Origin: Caldilineae bacterium
GTDB lineage: Bacteria; Chloroflexota; Anaerolineae; Epilineales; Epilineaceae
Assembly (NCBI GenBank): GCA_020634625.1
Contig: JACKBJ010000001.1
Location: forward strand, 153,276 to 217,275
Direction of reading: 5' to 3'
DNA: 64,000 nucleotides
Shown here: positions 41,819 to 52,830 of the stretch, in pieces
How the letters are laid out: the number at the start of each line of letters is the position of its first letter
Numbering within the stretch: the first letter of the stretch is position 1
Program-made: the position numbers and the translations under genes
The notes under the pieces: generated by a model
The model's input: the letters and a program-made list of their open reading frames with translations, nothing else
What the model was told of the DNA's origin: nothing
Database searches by the model: none

Positions 41819-41848
41819 AGTATAGTCGCGGCAGGCCGTGGCGGTCAA
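41819..41848 (-). promoter_or_regulatory. Promoter candidate for acpP
   Basis: On the minus strand: TTGACC (41848..41843), 18-nt spacer, TATACT (41824..41819), about 80 nt upstream of the acpP ATG. Confidence 0.4.
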
Positions 41849-41858
41849 TCGAGCCGCC

Positions 41859-41887
41859 TTGACTCGCGTCCCGCGTCAGGTCATACT
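41859..41887 (+). promoter_or_regulatory. Promoter candidate for the fni/polyprenyl synthase operon
   Basis: TTGACT (41859..41864), 17-nt spacer, CATACT (41882..41887). It sits back-to-back with the acpP candidate. Confidence 0.4.
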
Positions 41888-42067
41888 GCCGCGCTGTCCC
41901 GCTACCGGTCGTCCCACGAGGACGATCGGCGGGACCGCACACCGACAAGAACACCCTGCGACCGCCGAGGTTGCGCCGGCCCCCGAAACGCAGGCGACGC
42001 CGCCAGGTCGATCGGCCCGCCGAGGGGCCGCCGGAGCCGACGTCGCCCTCCGGTCGAGGTCAGGCCC

Positions 42068-43105
42068 ATGTCCGATTCCGAGCGCACGTCGCGCCGCAAG
42101 ATCGATCACGTCCGGATCAACCTCGAGGAGGCCGTCGGCTCGCGCCTGACGACCGGTCTGGAGCGGCTGCGCTTCCTGCCGCTGGCCCTGCCCGAGATCG
42201 ATCTCGAGACGATCTCGCTGTCCGGGCGCTTCCTGGGCTTCGGCTTCGACGCGCCGCTCCTGATCTCCTCGATGACCGGGGGCGCCGACGATCTGGCGGC
42301 CATCAACATCCGGCTGGCGGAGGCGGCCCAGGCGCGGGGCATCGTGATGGGCGTCGGATCCCAGCGCGCCGCGATCGAGTCGGGCGACCTGTCCGGCTCC
42401 TTCGAGATCCGCCGCCAGGCGCCGGACGCCATCCTCCTGGCCAACCTCGGCGCGGTGCAGCTGAACTACGGCTACGGCGTCGACGAGTGTCGGCGCGCGG
42501 TGGACATGATCCGCGCCGACGCCTTGATCCTCCACTTCAACGCGCTGCAGGAGGCCGTGCAGCCCGAAGGCGACACCCGCTGGGCCGGCCTGCTCGACCG
42601 GGTCGCCGCCGTATGCCGACAGCTGGAGGTGCCGGTGCTGGCCAAGGAGGTCGGCTGGGGCTTCTCGCCCGACGATGCCCGACGCCTGTCCGAAGCCGGC
42701 ATCGCCGCCTTCGACGTGGCCGGCGCCGGCGGGACGAGCTGGAGCGAGGTCGAGAAGCACCGGGCGGAGACCGAAGCCCAGCGCCGCGTCGCGGCGGCCT
42801 TCGTCGGCTGGGGCATCCCCACCGTCGAGAGCCTGCGCGCCTTGCGCCGGACCCTGCCCGGCGTCCCGCTGATCGCTTCGGGGGGGCTCACCGACGGCAT
42901 GGACGTGGCCAAGGTGCTGGCGCTCGGCGCCGGCCTGGCCGGTCTGGCCGGACCCTTCCTGCGCGCCGCGGCGGTGTCGACCGAAGCGGTGATCGAAGAG
43001 ATCGACGTCCTGGCTCGGATCCTGCGCATCGCCATGTTCGGAATCGGCGCGGCCGACCTGGACGGCCTGTCGAACAGCCCGCGGCTGATCGAGGTCGACC
43101 GATGA
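42068..43105 (+). CDS. fni: Isopentenyl-diphosphate delta-isomerase, type 2 (FMN-dependent)
   Basis: In frame with ORF 41108..43105. ATG at 42068 (MSDSERTSRRKIDHVRINLEE). ISSMTGG, GVGSQRAA, VAGAGGTSWS, ASGGL. Confidence 0.92.
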   Translation: MSDSERTSRRKIDHVRINLEEAVGSRLTTGLERLRFLPLALPEIDLETISLSGRFLGFGFDAPLLISSMTGGADDLAAINIRLAEAAQARGIVMGVGSQRAAIESGDLSGSFEIRRQAPDAILLANLGAVQLNYGYGVDECRRAVDMIRADALILHFNALQEAVQPEGDTRWAGLLDRVAAVCRQLEVPVLAKEVGWGFSPDDARRLSEAGIAAFDVAGAGGTSWSEVEKHRAETEAQRRVAAAFVGWGIPTVESLRALRRTLPGVPLIASGGLTDGMDVAKVLALGAGLAGLAGPFLRAAAVSTEAVIEEIDVLARILRIAMFGIGAADLDGLSNSPRLIEVDR

Positions 43106-44169
43106 GCGCCGGCGCCACGAGCCCCGACATCGGCGACTGGGCCGCCGGGGCGATCGGCATCGGCCTCGGCCCGGTGCACGAGCGGATGCGGGAAGCGCTC
43201 GTCGGCCGCGGCGCGGCGCGTGACCAGCTCGGGCTCTACCGCCACCTGCGCTACCACCTGGGCTGGTCCGACCGCGCCGGCAGGCCGGTCGAGGAGCGCG
43301 GCGGCAAGGGAATTCGCCCGCTGCTGTGCCTGACGGCCTGCGCCGCGGTGGGCGGCGATCCCGAACGCGCGACCGGCATGGCGGCCGCGATCGAGCTCAC
43401 CCACGAGTTCTCGCTGATCCACGACGATCTGGAGGATCGCGACCGGCAGCGCCGGGGACGCGACACGCTCTGGACGGTGGTGGGCGAGGCCCAGGCGATC
43501 AACGCCGGCGACGCGCTGTTCTCGATCGCGCGCCAGCAGATCGCGGATCCCCGCTCCGAGCTGGCCGCCGAGCAGCTGCTGCGCGCCTACCAACGCTACG
43601 ATGCCGCCTGCCTGGAGCTGGCCGAGGGCCAGTTCCTGGACATCGACTTCGAGACCGCCGAAGCGGTCGCGATCGAGGCCTATCTGAAGATGGTCGAGGG
43701 CAAGACCGGCGCCCTGCTCGGCGCCGCGGCCGCGCTTGGCGCCCTGGCCGGCGGCGCGGGCGAGGCCGAGGCGGATGCCTTCGACCGCTTCGGACGCGCC
43801 CTCGGCGTCGGCTTCCAGATGCAGGACGACGTCCTGGGCATCTGGGGCGATCCGGAACGGACGGGGAAGCCGGCCGGCAACGACCTGGCCCGACGCAAGC
43901 GCAGCCTGCCGGTGCTCCTGGCCGCCGAGCTGCCGGAGCTGGCGGCGCCGCTGGAGGCCCTCTATGGCAGCGGCGGGGCGCCGGCGCCCGACGCGGTGGC
44001 GGTGCTCAGCGCCGCGATGGATGCGGCCGGGATCCGCGCCCAGGCCAGCCGGGTGGCGGAGGCTCAGGCCAACGCCGCCCTGGATGCCCTATCGTCGCTG
44101 AGCCTGGTCGACGCGCCGCGTCGCGCGCTCGAGGCGCTGGTGATCGGCGCGGTCCGGCGCGACCGCTGA
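43102..44169 (+). CDS. Polyprenyl diphosphate synthase (trans-IPPS, GGPP/longer chain)
   Basis: In frame with ORF 41971..44169. The ATG at 43102 forms an ATGA overlap with the fni stop. FARM LIHDDLEDRD and SARM FQMQDDVLG. Product chain length cannot be read from the sequence. Confidence 0.9.
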   Translation: MSAGATSPDIGDWAAGAIGIGLGPVHERMREALVGRGAARDQLGLYRHLRYHLGWSDRAGRPVEERGGKGIRPLLCLTACAAVGGDPERATGMAAAIELTHEFSLIHDDLEDRDRQRRGRDTLWTVVGEAQAINAGDALFSIARQQIADPRSELAAEQLLRAYQRYDAACLELAEGQFLDIDFETAEAVAIEAYLKMVEGKTGALLGAAAALGALAGGAGEAEADAFDRFGRALGVGFQMQDDVLGIWGDPERTGKPAGNDLARRKRSLPVLLAAELPELAAPLEALYGSGGAPAPDAVAVLSAAMDAAGIRAQASRVAEAQANAALDALSSLSLVDAPRRALEALVIGAVRRDR

Positions 44170-44185
44170 GCCGGCCGCGCCGCCG

Positions 44186-44572
44186 CTAGACCAGGCCCCA
44201 CTCCGACCAGTCGCCGCCCTCCATCAGCTCGGGCGACCAACGCGGCTCGTCGAGCAGGCTGACGCCGACCTCACCGCCGATCACCTCGCGCGCCACGTCC
44301 TTGGTCTGCTGGACCAGCGTCCCGGCATAGGGGCAGAACGGCGTGGTCAGGATCATGCGGACGTCGGTGCGCTCGGCATCGAAGACGATGTCGCGGATGA
44401 GGCCCAGCGTGACGATGTCGAGGTTGATCTCCGGATCGACGACGCCCCGCAGGGCCTCGCGCAGCTCCTCGGCGAGCGCCGCGTGGTCGGCGCCTGGCGC
44501 CTGGGCGCGGCTCGGTGTGACGACCTGGCTCTGGCTCGGATTGCCCGGATCGGATGGATTCGCTTCGTTCAT
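44186..44572 (-). CDS. DUF59/MIP18-family Fe-S cluster assembly protein (SufT-like)
   Basis: 128 aa. LRGVVDPEINLDIVTLGLIRDI ... ILTTPFCPYAG. Confidence 0.85.
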   Translation of the reverse strand: MNEANPSDPGNPSQSQVVTPSRAQAPGADHAALAEELREALRGVVDPEINLDIVTLGLIRDIVFDAERTDVRMILTTPFCPYAGTLVQQTKDVAREVIGGEVGVSLLDEPRWSPELMEGGDWSEWGLV

Positions 44573-44752
44573 CGCGGTCTTGCCTTCCTGGTGCGCCGGC
44601 GGGATCGACTCGGCGGCGGTGCCTCGGGACCGGCGTCCCGCTGCGATGGGACAAGTCTAGCGCAGCCGCCGAGCCAGGCGAGCCTGGCCCGCGCCGCGCC
44701 CGCGCCGCGAGCGTCCGACGCGAGGCCGGGGTCGCTCGCCCGACCCATCGCG

Positions 44753-45589
44753 CTACTCGTCGTAGAGCACCGTCTGCTCTTCGTAGTGCCGCACGGCCCG
44801 CAGCTGCACCTTGTTGCGCGTCCACTCGACCAGCCAGCGGTTCTTCTCGCTGAGCGGGTGATCGCTCCACAGGAAGGCCAGCTCGGTGTTGGTGTGCAGG
44901 GCGCGCAACGGGATCAGGTGCCGGGTGATGCCGGAGGGCAGCATCGCGCCGTCCAGCGCCATGGCGAGCACATCCTGCGGCCGATACGACGGGAACACGA
45001 TCAGACCGGCGATGTCGGCGTAGAACTGCTCGAGCGCGGCCATGTCGTCGGTCTGAACCCGATGGATGTTGGCCTTGCCCTTGTAGACCGCAACCGCGCG
45101 GCGCAGGAGCTCGGTGCGCTGGGCCAGGTCGGGCTCGCCCTCGCCCACGAGGGCATGGACGGCGCCGCCGGGCAGGACCAGATAGGCCAGGATTCGATCC
45201 GCGGCCAGATCGGCACGCGCCCGGTCGAGGTCGCTCGCCACCAGGTGCAATCCCTCCTGGCGTTCGACCGCCAGCAGGCTCTCCGAGGTCGCGCCGGTGA
45301 CCAGGTGGTACCAGGTGGTCAGGCGACAGCTGGCGTAGTCGACGACCTGCACCAGAATGTCGGGCACGCCCAGCCGCTTCAGGGCGCTGACGCGGTTGGC
45401 GCCGTCGAGCACGACGTAGCGGCCATCACCCATCGGGGCGACGATCGGCGGGTTCTTCATCAAGCCCTCGGCCTGAAAGCGGTGCGCCATGCCCGCGACA
45501 CGCCGCTCGTCGGAGTCCTCGTGAAGCACGACCGTCTCGGTCGCGAGGACCTCGAGGTGCGGCAATCGCAGCTCGCCTTGCGATGTCAT
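44753..45589 (-). CDS. ParB/Srx-fold protein resembling free L-serine kinases SbnI/SerK
   Basis: 278 aa, 15 nt downstream of the CBS-type gene. VVLHEDSDERRV..., KNPPIVAPMGDGRYVVLDGANRVSALKRLGVPDILVQVVDY..LTTWYH, C-terminal RHYEEQTVLYDE. The pattern matches my recollection of S. aureus SbnI (GRYMVIDGVHRYTSLKALG...STWQH...CYTEKVYLVEQ). Not verified by search. Confidence 0.6.
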   Translation of the reverse strand: MTSQGELRLPHLEVLATETVVLHEDSDERRVAGMAHRFQAEGLMKNPPIVAPMGDGRYVVLDGANRVSALKRLGVPDILVQVVDYASCRLTTWYHLVTGATSESLLAVERQEGLHLVASDLDRARADLAADRILAYLVLPGGAVHALVGEGEPDLAQRTELLRRAVAVYKGKANIHRVQTDDMAALEQFYADIAGLIVFPSYRPQDVLAMALDGAMLPSGITRHLIPLRALHTNTELAFLWSDHPLSEKNRWLVEWTRNKVQLRAVRHYEEQTVLYDE

Positions 45590-45604
45590 CGATCCTCCAC
45601 CCGC

Positions 45605-47047
<1,443 letters not shown>

Positions 47048-47127
47048 GCCTGGGCCTTCCTGATCGCAGGGAGCCGGTTCGAGGCGCCGGCTCGACGGGT
47101 TCGACGGCTGACGGTACCATCCGGCCC

Positions 47128-48831
47128 ATGACCGGTCAAACCCCTCCCAAGCCCACGCAGACCCCGTCCGAGGTCGGTCGAGCCGACCAGCTCGACCGGG
47201 CGGACGGCAACGCGGTGGCGGCCGATGCCGGCGCGCTCGCACGGCGACGCGCCCACATGACGCGCGCGTCGATCCTGGTGATGACCGCGTTCGTCGGATC
47301 CAAGCTGGTCGGCCTGCTGCGCGAGCGCGCGGTGGCGCACGCCTTCGGCGCCAGCCCGGAGCTGGACGCCTACGTGGCGGCGTTTCGAATCCCGGACCTG
47401 CTGTTTACCCTGATCGCCGGCGGCGCGCTGATCAGCGCCTTCCTGCCGGTGTTCTCCGAGGCCCTGGCCCGGGAGGACGAGGAAGCGGCCCGACGCCTCG
47501 CCAGCGGGTTGACCGGGCTGGCCCTGCTCAGCACCGCGGTCCTCGGCGGCATCGCGGCGCTGGCCGCGCCCTGGTTGATCTCGCAGCTCATCGCGCCCCA
47601 GTTCACCGCGGCGCAGCAGGCGCTCACGGTGTCGCTGATGCGCGTGGTCCTGTTGAGCACGCTGGTCTTCGCCGTCAGCGGCATCCAGATGGGCATCCTG
47701 AACGCCTACCAGCACTTTCTGACACCGGCCATCGCGCCGATCGTCTACAACCTGGGCATTCTCTTCGGCGCGCTGGCGCTGGCCCCGCGACTTGGCATCC
47801 ACGGCCTGGCCTGGGGTGCCGTGATCGGCGCGCTCGGCCACCTGCTGGTCAAGCTGCCGAGCTTGCGCCAGCACGGCTTTCGCTATCGGCTCGGGCTCGC
47901 GCTGGACAGCCGCGAGCTACGGCTGGTGCTGCACTTGATGTGGCCACGCGTGCTGGGGCTCGGAACGGTGCAGGCGATCTTCATCGTCAACACGAACCTC
48001 GCCTCGGGACTGCCCGGAGGGAGCCTCTCGGCCCTCAACTATGCCTGGGTCCTGGCTCAGATGCCGCAGACTATCCTGGGGACGGCCATCGCGACGGTGG
48101 CCTTTCCCACCCTGGCCGAGCTGGCGGCGCGCGGAGACCGTGATGGACTGCGCTCGACCGCCGTTGGCGCGCTCGAGATCATGCTCGCCTTGAGCCTGCC
48201 GGCCGCCGTGGCACTGGCCATGCTCGGCGGCCCGGCGATCGCCGTGCTCCTGCAGACCGGGCGCTTCGACCAGCAGGCGGCCGACGCCACGCTCTTCGCC
48301 CTGCGGATGTTCGCGCTGGGCCTGATGGGTCAGGTGGCCTTCGAGATCGTCGCCCGGCTGTTCTACGCGCAGAAGGACACGCTGACCGTGCTCTACATCG
48401 CCGTGTCGGCGCTCGCCGTCAACGTAGTCCTGGCCTACCTGCTCGTCGGCCCCCTGGCCCAGGGCGGTCTGGCCCTGGCCAACTCGATCGCGGTGACCTT
48501 CGAGGTCCTGCTCGGCCTTTGGCTCCTGCACCGACGCCTGGGTGGGATGGGCCTGGGCCGCCTCGCCTCGACGCTGCTGCGGACCGGCCTGGCCGCGTCG
48601 CTGATGGCCATCGCGATCGCGATCGTCCTCGTCGGGTTGCCGGCGCTCGAAACGACCTGGTTAGGGGCGCGCCCACCGATCGGCTCGCCCATGTTGCGCG
48701 GACTGATCACCGCCGGTCTAGGCGGCACCGTCGGAGGCCTGGTCTTCCTGGGCGCAGGGCTCTGGCTGGACCTCCCACACCTGCGCCCGACGGTGGCCCG
48801 GATGCGCCTGCGGTCGAAGGCGCACGGCTAG
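47128..48831 (+). CDS. murJ: Lipid II flippase MurJ (MviN)
   Basis: ORF track 46990..48831. Start at ATG 47128 (or the internal Met at MTRASILV). SKLVGLLRERAVAHAFGASPELDAYVAAFRIPDLLF. Polytopic throughout. Confidence 0.9.
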   Translation: MTGQTPPKPTQTPSEVGRADQLDRADGNAVAADAGALARRRAHMTRASILVMTAFVGSKLVGLLRERAVAHAFGASPELDAYVAAFRIPDLLFTLIAGGALISAFLPVFSEALAREDEEAARRLASGLTGLALLSTAVLGGIAALAAPWLISQLIAPQFTAAQQALTVSLMRVVLLSTLVFAVSGIQMGILNAYQHFLTPAIAPIVYNLGILFGALALAPRLGIHGLAWGAVIGALGHLLVKLPSLRQHGFRYRLGLALDSRELRLVLHLMWPRVLGLGTVQAIFIVNTNLASGLPGGSLSALNYAWVLAQMPQTILGTAIATVAFPTLAELAARGDRDGLRSTAVGALEIMLALSLPAAVALAMLGGPAIAVLLQTGRFDQQAADATLFALRMFALGLMGQVAFEIVARLFYAQKDTLTVLYIAVSALAVNVVLAYLLVGPLAQGGLALANSIAVTFEVLLGLWLLHRRLGGMGLGRLASTLLRTGLAASLMAIAIAIVLVGLPALETTWLGARPPIGSPMLRGLITAGLGGTVGGLVFLGAGLWLDLPHLRPTVARMRLRSKAHG

Positions 48832-49311
48832 TGCACCGGATCTCGAGTCGGACGGCTGCGAGGGTCCCGGGCAAGACGCCGGCCACGTTAGCGACGAGTG
48901 GCAACGGAAGGATGCGAGGCAATCGGATTGGCTGGATTCCTTTGAGTGTCGCGATGTGCAAGGGAGTCGTGACGCGTCTCTCGGACGCGCTCAACGGATT
49001 GCCAGGCGGAAGATCGAGCGGAGACTCGGGCTGGATTCCGAAGGTCTTGATCGTTGGACAGGCGTGTCCGCTGAGCATAACTCTCGAGAGCAACGAAACC
49101 CGCCAGGACGGCAGGAAACCTGACTTTGATTTGGTTACCGGATTTCTGAACGGAGTATCAAGCGGATACTCGGGGCGGGTGCTGGAGGCCTCGAAACGTC
49201 AAGAATTCGAGGGTTTATGTTACCTCGCCATTCTTGGAATGAGCATGCGTCACGGTGGATTGTGTCGGCGACGCCGGCCACAACGACGTTGCTGAGCGTT
49301 TCTCCGAGAAG

Positions 49312-50730
49312 CTAGGGCGTGACAGCTACGATAGACATCCCCTCCTGCGCTCGAGCAACGATTGCTACGTCATCGAGCAACGCAAGGTCATGTAAAGCCC
49401 CCTCCAGTTGCAGCCCCGCCACGCGGTTCGGTGATGAGGGATTGGAGACGTCCACTACCAGGAGCTCGGATGGCGGCCATCGATGTCCGTAGCCATTTCG
49501 AGACGTAGTCCCGACCCACAGCCGATCGCCCGCGAATGCGAGCTCCACGACCGGTTGCTGAGTCGCGAATCGCGACACGTCTCGGAGTTGCCCATTCGAG
49601 ACATTCATGAGAACAACCCACGTGTCAGGTTCTGGGTCGCGTTCGTGCTCATAGTTGGCCACGCCGACCGCGACGCGGTGCCCGTCGGAGGCAACGCTAA
49701 TCACGCGGCCAGGCGCCTGGACTCGCTGCAGCTCGACTGGCGAGTCAGGGTCGGTGATGTCCAATATCATGAGTCCGTCCTGGCCGGCGGCGACATAGGC
49801 GAAGTTCCCGTGTAAGTCGACGTCGGCAACCGGCACGTTCGTGAAGGCGTATCCTCGATACTTCGGATGGGACTCATCGCCGAAATCGATGAACCTCACA
49901 CCGCTTCGAGTCAGCGGTCCGTTCTTGCGGAACGGAACAACGCCGATTCCGTTGAGAGAGTCCAGGAGCGAGTTGCCCCACCCGACGCCGAGTTCCTCTT
50001 TCGCGTTCGGTACAAGCTCTAGTACCGCCTCGTGACCGGGTATGGAGCTGATTACGTGCGGAGCGGCCGGGTCTGAAATGTCTACCACTTCAACAAGTGG
50101 TCCGCCAGTATGCACGATGGCTTCCGAGACTGAGAGACCGTATCGGTTCGGCCACTCTTCAAAGCCCAGGATCGTGGGCCTTTCCAGGTCCGCGACGTCG
50201 ATGACATACAAACGCCGATTGATCAATTCGGACGCGACGACGTGGTGGCCGTGCGCTGCCACACTCTCGACAATGATGTGATGATAGGGAGGCCCCACGT
50301 TGAAGGCATGCTCATCGAGATCACCGATGATCTCGAGCCGTTGCTCGCGCGGGGCATGGCCAGATTCTTCTGACTCGACGGGCAAGGCGATCGCATCGCT
50401 GTCCGGGGAACTGAGATCAAGCGCGACCGTCGGTTCGATTGTAGGAGTCGGTGACGATGTTGCTGCTTGAGTTGGTGTTGCGGCAACAGCGACTGAAGTA
50501 GCTTGATCGCTTTGGAGCGACTCGCGTGCTTGGCAGCCCGCGACCGACAGAACGAAAACGAGCGTGATGAGCGCTGCCACGAAGAGCCACGTGAGTCGGC
50601 TTTGAGTCCGTGAAGGAATGCTCGACGAACGCTGTAGGTTCAAGTCGCGCTCCAAGAAACCGTCTCGAAAGGGAGGGTTATGGAGACCCCGACGAGCCGG
50701 GCGGGCACTGGACCGGCGGGCCCCGAGCAT
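49312..50730 (-). CDS. LVIVD-repeat beta-propeller lipoprotein
   Basis: 472 aa. Lipobox LSVAGC. LVIVD-type repeats LYVIDVADLERP, LVEVVDISDPAAP, LMILDITDPDSP, LLVVDVSNPSSP. Possible alternative TTG start at 50643 (GGAG 6 nt upstream). Confidence 0.8.
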   Translation of the reverse strand: MLGARRSSARPARRGLHNPPFRDGFLERDLNLQRSSSIPSRTQSRLTWLFVAALITLVFVLSVAGCQARESLQSDQATSVAVAATPTQAATSSPTPTIEPTVALDLSSPDSDAIALPVESEESGHAPREQRLEIIGDLDEHAFNVGPPYHHIIVESVAAHGHHVVASELINRRLYVIDVADLERPTILGFEEWPNRYGLSVSEAIVHTGGPLVEVVDISDPAAPHVISSIPGHEAVLELVPNAKEELGVGWGNSLLDSLNGIGVVPFRKNGPLTRSGVRFIDFGDESHPKYRGYAFTNVPVADVDLHGNFAYVAAGQDGLMILDITDPDSPVELQRVQAPGRVISVASDGHRVAVGVANYEHERDPEPDTWVVLMNVSNGQLRDVSRFATQQPVVELAFAGDRLWVGTTSRNGYGHRWPPSELLVVDVSNPSSPNRVAGLQLEGALHDLALLDDVAIVARAQEGMSIVAVTP

Positions 50731-50862
50731 ACTACGTCATCGGCTCTCTTCACGGCCATCTGAGGATCCAGCGGAGACTATCGCGCCATTGCGCTGGGAC
50801 CCCGCTAGTCAAGAGGATCTAGCCACGATGGTGAATCTACTGGCGTTGGGCCGGAGCTTCCA

Positions 50863-51327
50863 TCACGTCACCTTGAGTTCAAAGATAAGGGATCCGAAGT
50901 CTGGAGGAATTCCGAATGCACTGCACTCGTACCGCACGGTCGCATCAGAGTCGGGATTGGTGACACGCATACAGGAGGTATCACTCAGCGACTCAAACGG
51001 CCCCGCCCCTAATCCCGTATCCCATACATTGTATACCCAGAGAAAACCCTCCGTGTCAGTCACGCGAATCTTGTGCGTTTTCCTCTCATCTGCCCACAGA
51101 ATGACCGCGTTGCTGTTACTGCCTTCTTCATCATCTGAGAGCCCCCCGTCCGTGCTTAGGCGAATGCCCTGCCTCCACTTGCAACGCTGTTGGATAATAC
51201 GAACTCGCACAACATCGCCCGGCTTGATTGAGTGAACATAGACCTGGTATACCTCGACACTAAGACCTTCGCTAATGGGTCGATTGACAATCGGCTCAAT
51301 TCCGAGCCAGTCGCGCTGCTTCTTCAT
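50863..51327 (-). CDS. Hypothetical protein, 154 aa, beta-rich, no recognised family
   Basis: ORF with about 50% GC, consistent with the local islet composition. The opposite-strand ORF 50618..51235 translates to low-complexity Ser/Arg/Pro sequence. No motif identified. Confidence 0.55.
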   Translation of the reverse strand: MKKQRDWLGIEPIVNRPISEGLSVEVYQVYVHSIKPGDVVRVRIIQQRCKWRQGIRLSTDGGLSDDEEGSNSNAVILWADERKTHKIRVTDTEGFLWVYNVWDTGLGAGPFESLSDTSCMRVTNPDSDATVRYECSAFGIPPDFGSLIFELKVT

Positions 51328-51664
51328 GGCCTCAGCCTATTGTAGTGCCGGTGTGGATCAATCTCAGCATGCTCCCATGGCCAGACCTCCATCAGGTGTA
51401 CGTGGTTGGACAGAGTGACGGTGGCTGTGAACCACGAACTGCCGCCGCCCGGGGTTGAACGAGGAGCCCGAAGTGTCTGAGTGTGCTGGCGCTGCTAGGC
51501 TGCAACGTCGCACCGTGGCGCGGATTGGAGGGCTTTAGAGACGCTCTCACTGCCAGCGGTACAACTCAATAGTTGCCAGAACTCAAGCAGCATTCATCGC
51601 TCTGTTTCACTGGAATCTACGTGACTGCGCGTAGGCAGCCTCTGCCCAGCGCGCCTGTGCCACG

Positions 51665-52123
51665 TCAAGCCAATTCATATTCAGCAGTGAACTCCTGGGC
51701 TTTATCCTCCAGCGCAATGTGCAGGATCACTGTTGTGCTGAGATTTACTGCGTCGTGCATCGCGCCTCGCTTCGCAAACCTAAACACATTTGCTAACGAC
51801 TCATCGTCATGCCACGTGGTCATGACAAAGGCCGATTCTGGAATGCGCCCGAACTTGAACTGCTCGATGTTAGCCCAGTCAACCGAATCGTCCCATAGTG
51901 CGCAGTCTCGGCCCCACGCCATCATGAATCGACACCCTGAGCGGACAAGGGCGACGCTGATCTGATTACGCCAGGTGTTGGATACGAGTTCCTCAACGAT
52001 CACAATGGCCTTAAAGGGCGCAAAACTGCTTAGGTCGGGAAGCGAATCACCGGGACTCACCTGGACATAGTGTGGCAGCGAGAGCTCGCGCCGTTGGTCA
52101 AAGCGATACCGCTTATGATCCAT
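51665..52123 (-). CDS. Hypothetical protein, 152 aa, no recognised family
   Basis: ORF in the low-GC islet. Globular-looking sequence (FKAIVIVEELVSNTWRNQISVALVRSGCRFMMAWGRDCALWDDSVDWANIE...FVMTTWHDDESL). No motif identified. Confidence 0.55.
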   Translation of the reverse strand: MDHKRYRFDQRRELSLPHYVQVSPGDSLPDLSSFAPFKAIVIVEELVSNTWRNQISVALVRSGCRFMMAWGRDCALWDDSVDWANIEQFKFGRIPESAFVMTTWHDDESLANVFRFAKRGAMHDAVNLSTTVILHIALEDKAQEFTAEYELA

Positions 52124-52308
52124 GTATCATGATACCCTGTTTCTACCTGACAGTTCGCGTTCAGTTGAGTCTCGACCGCCGAGCAACCGCTCATCGCTCA
52201 CGCTTCGAAGACGTACATGGCGCAGACGCCAGCCGTTGCAGGAGGATTGAAGTCTTGGGCGCAGATCCGCTCGCCCGACGATCGAGTGGCTTCAGCGCGG
52301 CCAAGGAG

Positions 52309-52830
52309 TCAACCTCGCCGGCGTTCTGGGTCTTTCGTGGTGCGGCCGACGATGTACTTCATCGTGCTGAGCGAAGAATATCGCGCAGTTGCGCCGGAGA
52401 CCCCATAATCGGCGGCCCCATGCCATCGGAGCTGTAGCAGCGCGATGCTGGCGACGAGGAGCGCTCCTTCCACTACCAGCAGAAGCCAGTACAAGAAGGA
52501 GATCTCGGATAGCGGCGCGGGATCGAAGAGCCCTCGCGAGAGGATAGCCAGCAGGATTACCCATGCAGCCCTGTACGCGACGACGAGGAACGCAGCCGAC
52601 ACCGCGCGCCACCGCAGAAGTACCAAGTGAGCGACCGGCCCGCCAGCGATGACAGCCAGGTCCCACCACAACAACACTCCCGAGAAAGACGATGGTTCTC
52701 GTCGGATCAGTGCTTCGAGAACGGTCAGGAACCCAAGGGCTCGCCACTCTACAAGCAGGAATAGGATTGCGGCAACGAGGAAGATACAGCGCGCAAGTCC
52801 TGATGCCGTGTTCGATGAAGACTCGTGCAC
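52309..52830 (-). CDS. Hypothetical 4-TM membrane protein, 173 aa
   Basis: Four hydrophobic helices (CIFLVAAILFLLV, VLLWWDLAVIAGGPVAHLVLL, AAFLVVAYRAAWVILLAIL, FLYWLLLVVEGALLVASIALL) and a basic C-terminal tail. Confidence 0.55.
   Translation of the reverse strand: MHESSSNTASGLARCIFLVAAILFLLVEWRALGFLTVLEALIRREPSSFSGVLLWWDLAVIAGGPVAHLVLLRWRAVSAAFLVVAYRAAWVILLAILSRGLFDPAPLSEISFLYWLLLVVEGALLVASIALLQLRWHGAADYGVSGATARYSSLSTMKYIVGRTTKDPERRRG

Noticed and set aside
48930-49039. GGCTGGATTCC x2 as possible tRNA/tmRNA T-arm or a tmRNA 5' end (CUGGAUUC)
   Set aside because: I could not build an acceptor, anticodon or T-arm cloverleaf around either copy. The loop lacks the conserved TTCRA. There is no CCA-proximal acceptor and no tmRNA 3' end (TCCACCA). 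It is kept only as possible decayed att debris in the findings.
48519-49295. 258-aa plus-strand ORF spanning the murJ 3' end and the spacer, and 48707..49093 on the minus strand (128 aa)
   Set aside because: The first half is an out-of-frame overlap of murJ. The remainder has no start context, no coding bias distinct from background and no motifs.
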